NCBI RefSeq assembly: GCF_044704955.1
Contig: NC_091992.1
Coordinates: 14,198,001 to 14,262,000, forward strand
Direction: 5' to 3'
Length of the DNA stretch: 64,000 bases
Source: Pristiophorus japonicus
Taxonomy: Eukaryota
Shown here piece after piece: positions 61,753 to 64,000 of the stretch; position 1 is the first letter of the stretch; every line of letters starts with the position of its first letter. Below the pieces are notes generated by a model. That model searched no databases and was not told the DNA's origin. It was given only the letters and a program-made list of their open reading frames with translations. The translations under genes and the position numbers were made by a program.

Positions 61753-61805
61753 CCGGTTGTGAAGCTGCTACACAACAGGAGCAACAACAAGTATTCCTAT
61801 ACCAG
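61753..61805 (+). CDS. TNFAIP1: TNFAIP1 coding exon 4 (53 nt)
   Basis: PVVKLLHNRSNNKYSYTS; caaacag / gtacga. Confidence 0.95.
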
Positions 61806-63468
61806 GTACGATGCAGCTTCTAATACAGATTGGGCTCTGCCATGTTTGATTTGTGTAGCCTTACCGGCTTAATGAGATTTTAAAAATTCATTTGAATCAC
61901 ATCCGACACACATGCAGTGCAGTTAATAAAAAGTGAGGGGGTGGGGGGGGGAGGGAGGAGGAGGAGAGATTGTTGGGGAGTAGTGGGACAAGCAAGGAGA
62001 TTCTATGTAAGGCACAGACTGCGAATAAAGATGTATTGCTTGAGAACTTTTAAATTGTAACAACTTGGAAAGGGAGCGGAGCAGCTTTTCAGTAGGCAGT
62101 TAACTTGCTTCTGTAGCAACAGCACTCCCAGTGACTGGCCATCAGTGTTGCTCTTTATCAATCAGCAGAAGCCATTTGGCAGTGGGCTTTGATGTTCTGT
62201 TCCAAAACAATAAAATATTTAGAAATTGTTTCTCTTTTCCCCCCCCCCCCCCACCCACTCCAAATCCCCTGCCCAAACTCTATACAAACCTATCTGCAAG
62301 GATCACCCTTCATATAAGATCTCCAAAAAAGCTAAGTCCACTCCTGACTACGTTTGGTAATGTGCTAGTTAATAAAGTTAAATACTACATGGGTGCAGGT
62401 TTTACAGATACAGAAAAACTTCTGTTAAAGCCCAGAACAGTAAATTTGGGTACTTGTGGGGGGGGGGGGGGTGGAAACTCTTACATGTATCCTGTAGATG
62501 GGGAACGGTAAACAGGCCCTGATGTGATGCTGTGTATTCCTGATGATGCCTTGTATTTAAATCATGGGGGCTCATATGATCTGACAATCGAAGGACACCG
62601 TTTCGCTGTGTCAAGTGCTACTTCTCTTAAATGGATGCAAACATCAGAATAAGAATGAACTCAAATATGAATTAGTAAAAGACACTGGAGCCATTGCTAA
62701 AATCAAAGAACTGTACCATAGTCATAGCTCCCTTTCTCTTGTGTGAAAGAAACAAAGTTGAATGAGAAGAAGCCATTCCCTTTCGTAAAAAGATGTCCAA
62801 ACGATGGTCTGTTGGCCACATGAATCCTGTAAGCCCTGGTAATTTCTATTTCTTTTTATTCTTTTGTGTTTGAATCTTATGGGCTTGCAAGTTTGGGAAG
62901 GGCTGTTTTTGGTGCTGTTGTCCCATTGGCGATTACATCCTAAATCAGAACATGATCTTGTTTGTATCCACAGCTTGAGATATATGCCAGCTGATTTGAA
63001 ATATTGATTTAAACTTTGTATATGGCCCAAGGGGCTCCATGGTATGCATTGAAGCAACCCATAAAAATAAAAGTCTTGCACAGCCTGCTATTGTATTCGA
63101 CCTTGCCCAACCTAGCATGCAACAACATTTTGAAAAGTCCCAATGTTTCCATCTCAAACTAAATGCATAAAAGTTTAAATTAGATTATAATCGTGTATGT
63201 GGTCAATTTTATACATGTTTGACCATTTTATATTTTTATTAAAACCAGATTTCAAGATTTAAATTTGTAGAGAAGATGAGGTTTAGCTTTGTATATGAAA
63301 AGGCTGCAAAAATAGACTAGCTTGGGTTATTGTAACCTAATGAAAGTACTCTCCAAGCAAGCCTTCAAAGATCTTGACATGCCTACTGTAACAAAATCCT
63401 TCATACAATTGCATCAGTATTTCTACGCTATCAACTGTTATTTAATACAGGTTGTTTTGTTTTCTCAG

Positions 63469-63664
63469 CAACTCTGATGACAATTTGTTGAAGAACATTG
63501 AACTGTTTGACAAGCTGTCCCTGAGATTTAATGGAAGAGTGCTTTTTATGAAAGATGTCTTGGGGGATGAGATTTGCTGCTGGTCATTTTATGGGCAGGG
63601 CCGCAAGCTTGCTGAGGTTTGCTGTACTTCAATCGTGTATGCAACAGAAAAGAAACAAACCAAG
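63469..63664 (+). CDS. TNFAIP1: TNFAIP1 coding exon 5 (196 nt); the final exon lies beyond the window
   Basis: [65 protein letters not shown]; tttctcag / gtacat. Confidence 0.96.
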
Positions 63665-64000
63665 GTACATGAAAGATGACCTCTATATTAGTAAACTGAT
63701 AGAGTAGTAGTGTACCTTTAGCAATACTTGAAGAATTGATTTTTGTGCCTGGTCTTCTGATAAAGTTATTTTAAATTATGTTTTGTGGTACTCCAATATG
63801 CTGTACCATGATTTGGCAAGTCCTCTGTCTTGTACATGTTGGAATGGAAGCCAAAGGATTTCTTTCCATTGAGTTGATATTCTGCTGTAACCAGGCTTCT
63901 TAACCTGGAGGAAGGGAGAGAGAAAAAATAAATAGCAGTGAATTATCTTAGAGGACACTCATGGGCATCTTCAAGTGATTGGCCTAGCCAGTGGTAGTGG

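Overview
Eukaryotic, repeat-rich vertebrate DNA. The SINE/LINE repertoire (Deu-domain SINEs, CR1, L2, RTE, Harbinger) points to a cartilaginous fish, most likely a shark; this is inference. The window holds the conserved TMEM97(+) / IFT20(-) / TNFAIP1(+) block. TMEM97 is complete (3 coding exons, 171 aa), IFT20 is complete (4 coding exons, 132 aa), and TNFAIP1 shows 5 coding exons and runs off the right edge. All exons were read by hand with GT-AG boundaries and consistent phases. The first ~25 kb has no host gene but contains a decayed full-length PIF/Harbinger transposon (TIRs, transposase, spliced Myb/SANT gene), related MITEs, short solo LTRs with 5-bp TSDs and many LINE/SINE fragments. 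The most unusual signal is that three separate CR1 insertions carry clustered sense-strand A->G substitutions. In the clearest case I count about 26 A->G versus 2 G->A in ~215 bp against a sister copy in this window. Each cluster sits in a 5' piece joined to an apparently unedited 3' piece, which is consistent with ADAR-hyperedited RNA being reverse-transcribed into the germline by template switching. Other notable items are a triplicated NRF1/PBX-PREP/SP1 module plus RFX X-box upstream of IFT20, a three-level RTE/RTE/CR1 nest between the IFT20 and TNFAIP1 promoters, a solo-LTR family carrying CTCF-like motifs, a 5'-inverted RTE, and a decayed Penelope-type hammerhead. All alignments and counts are by eye, and repeat boundaries without a TSD or TIR are approximate.
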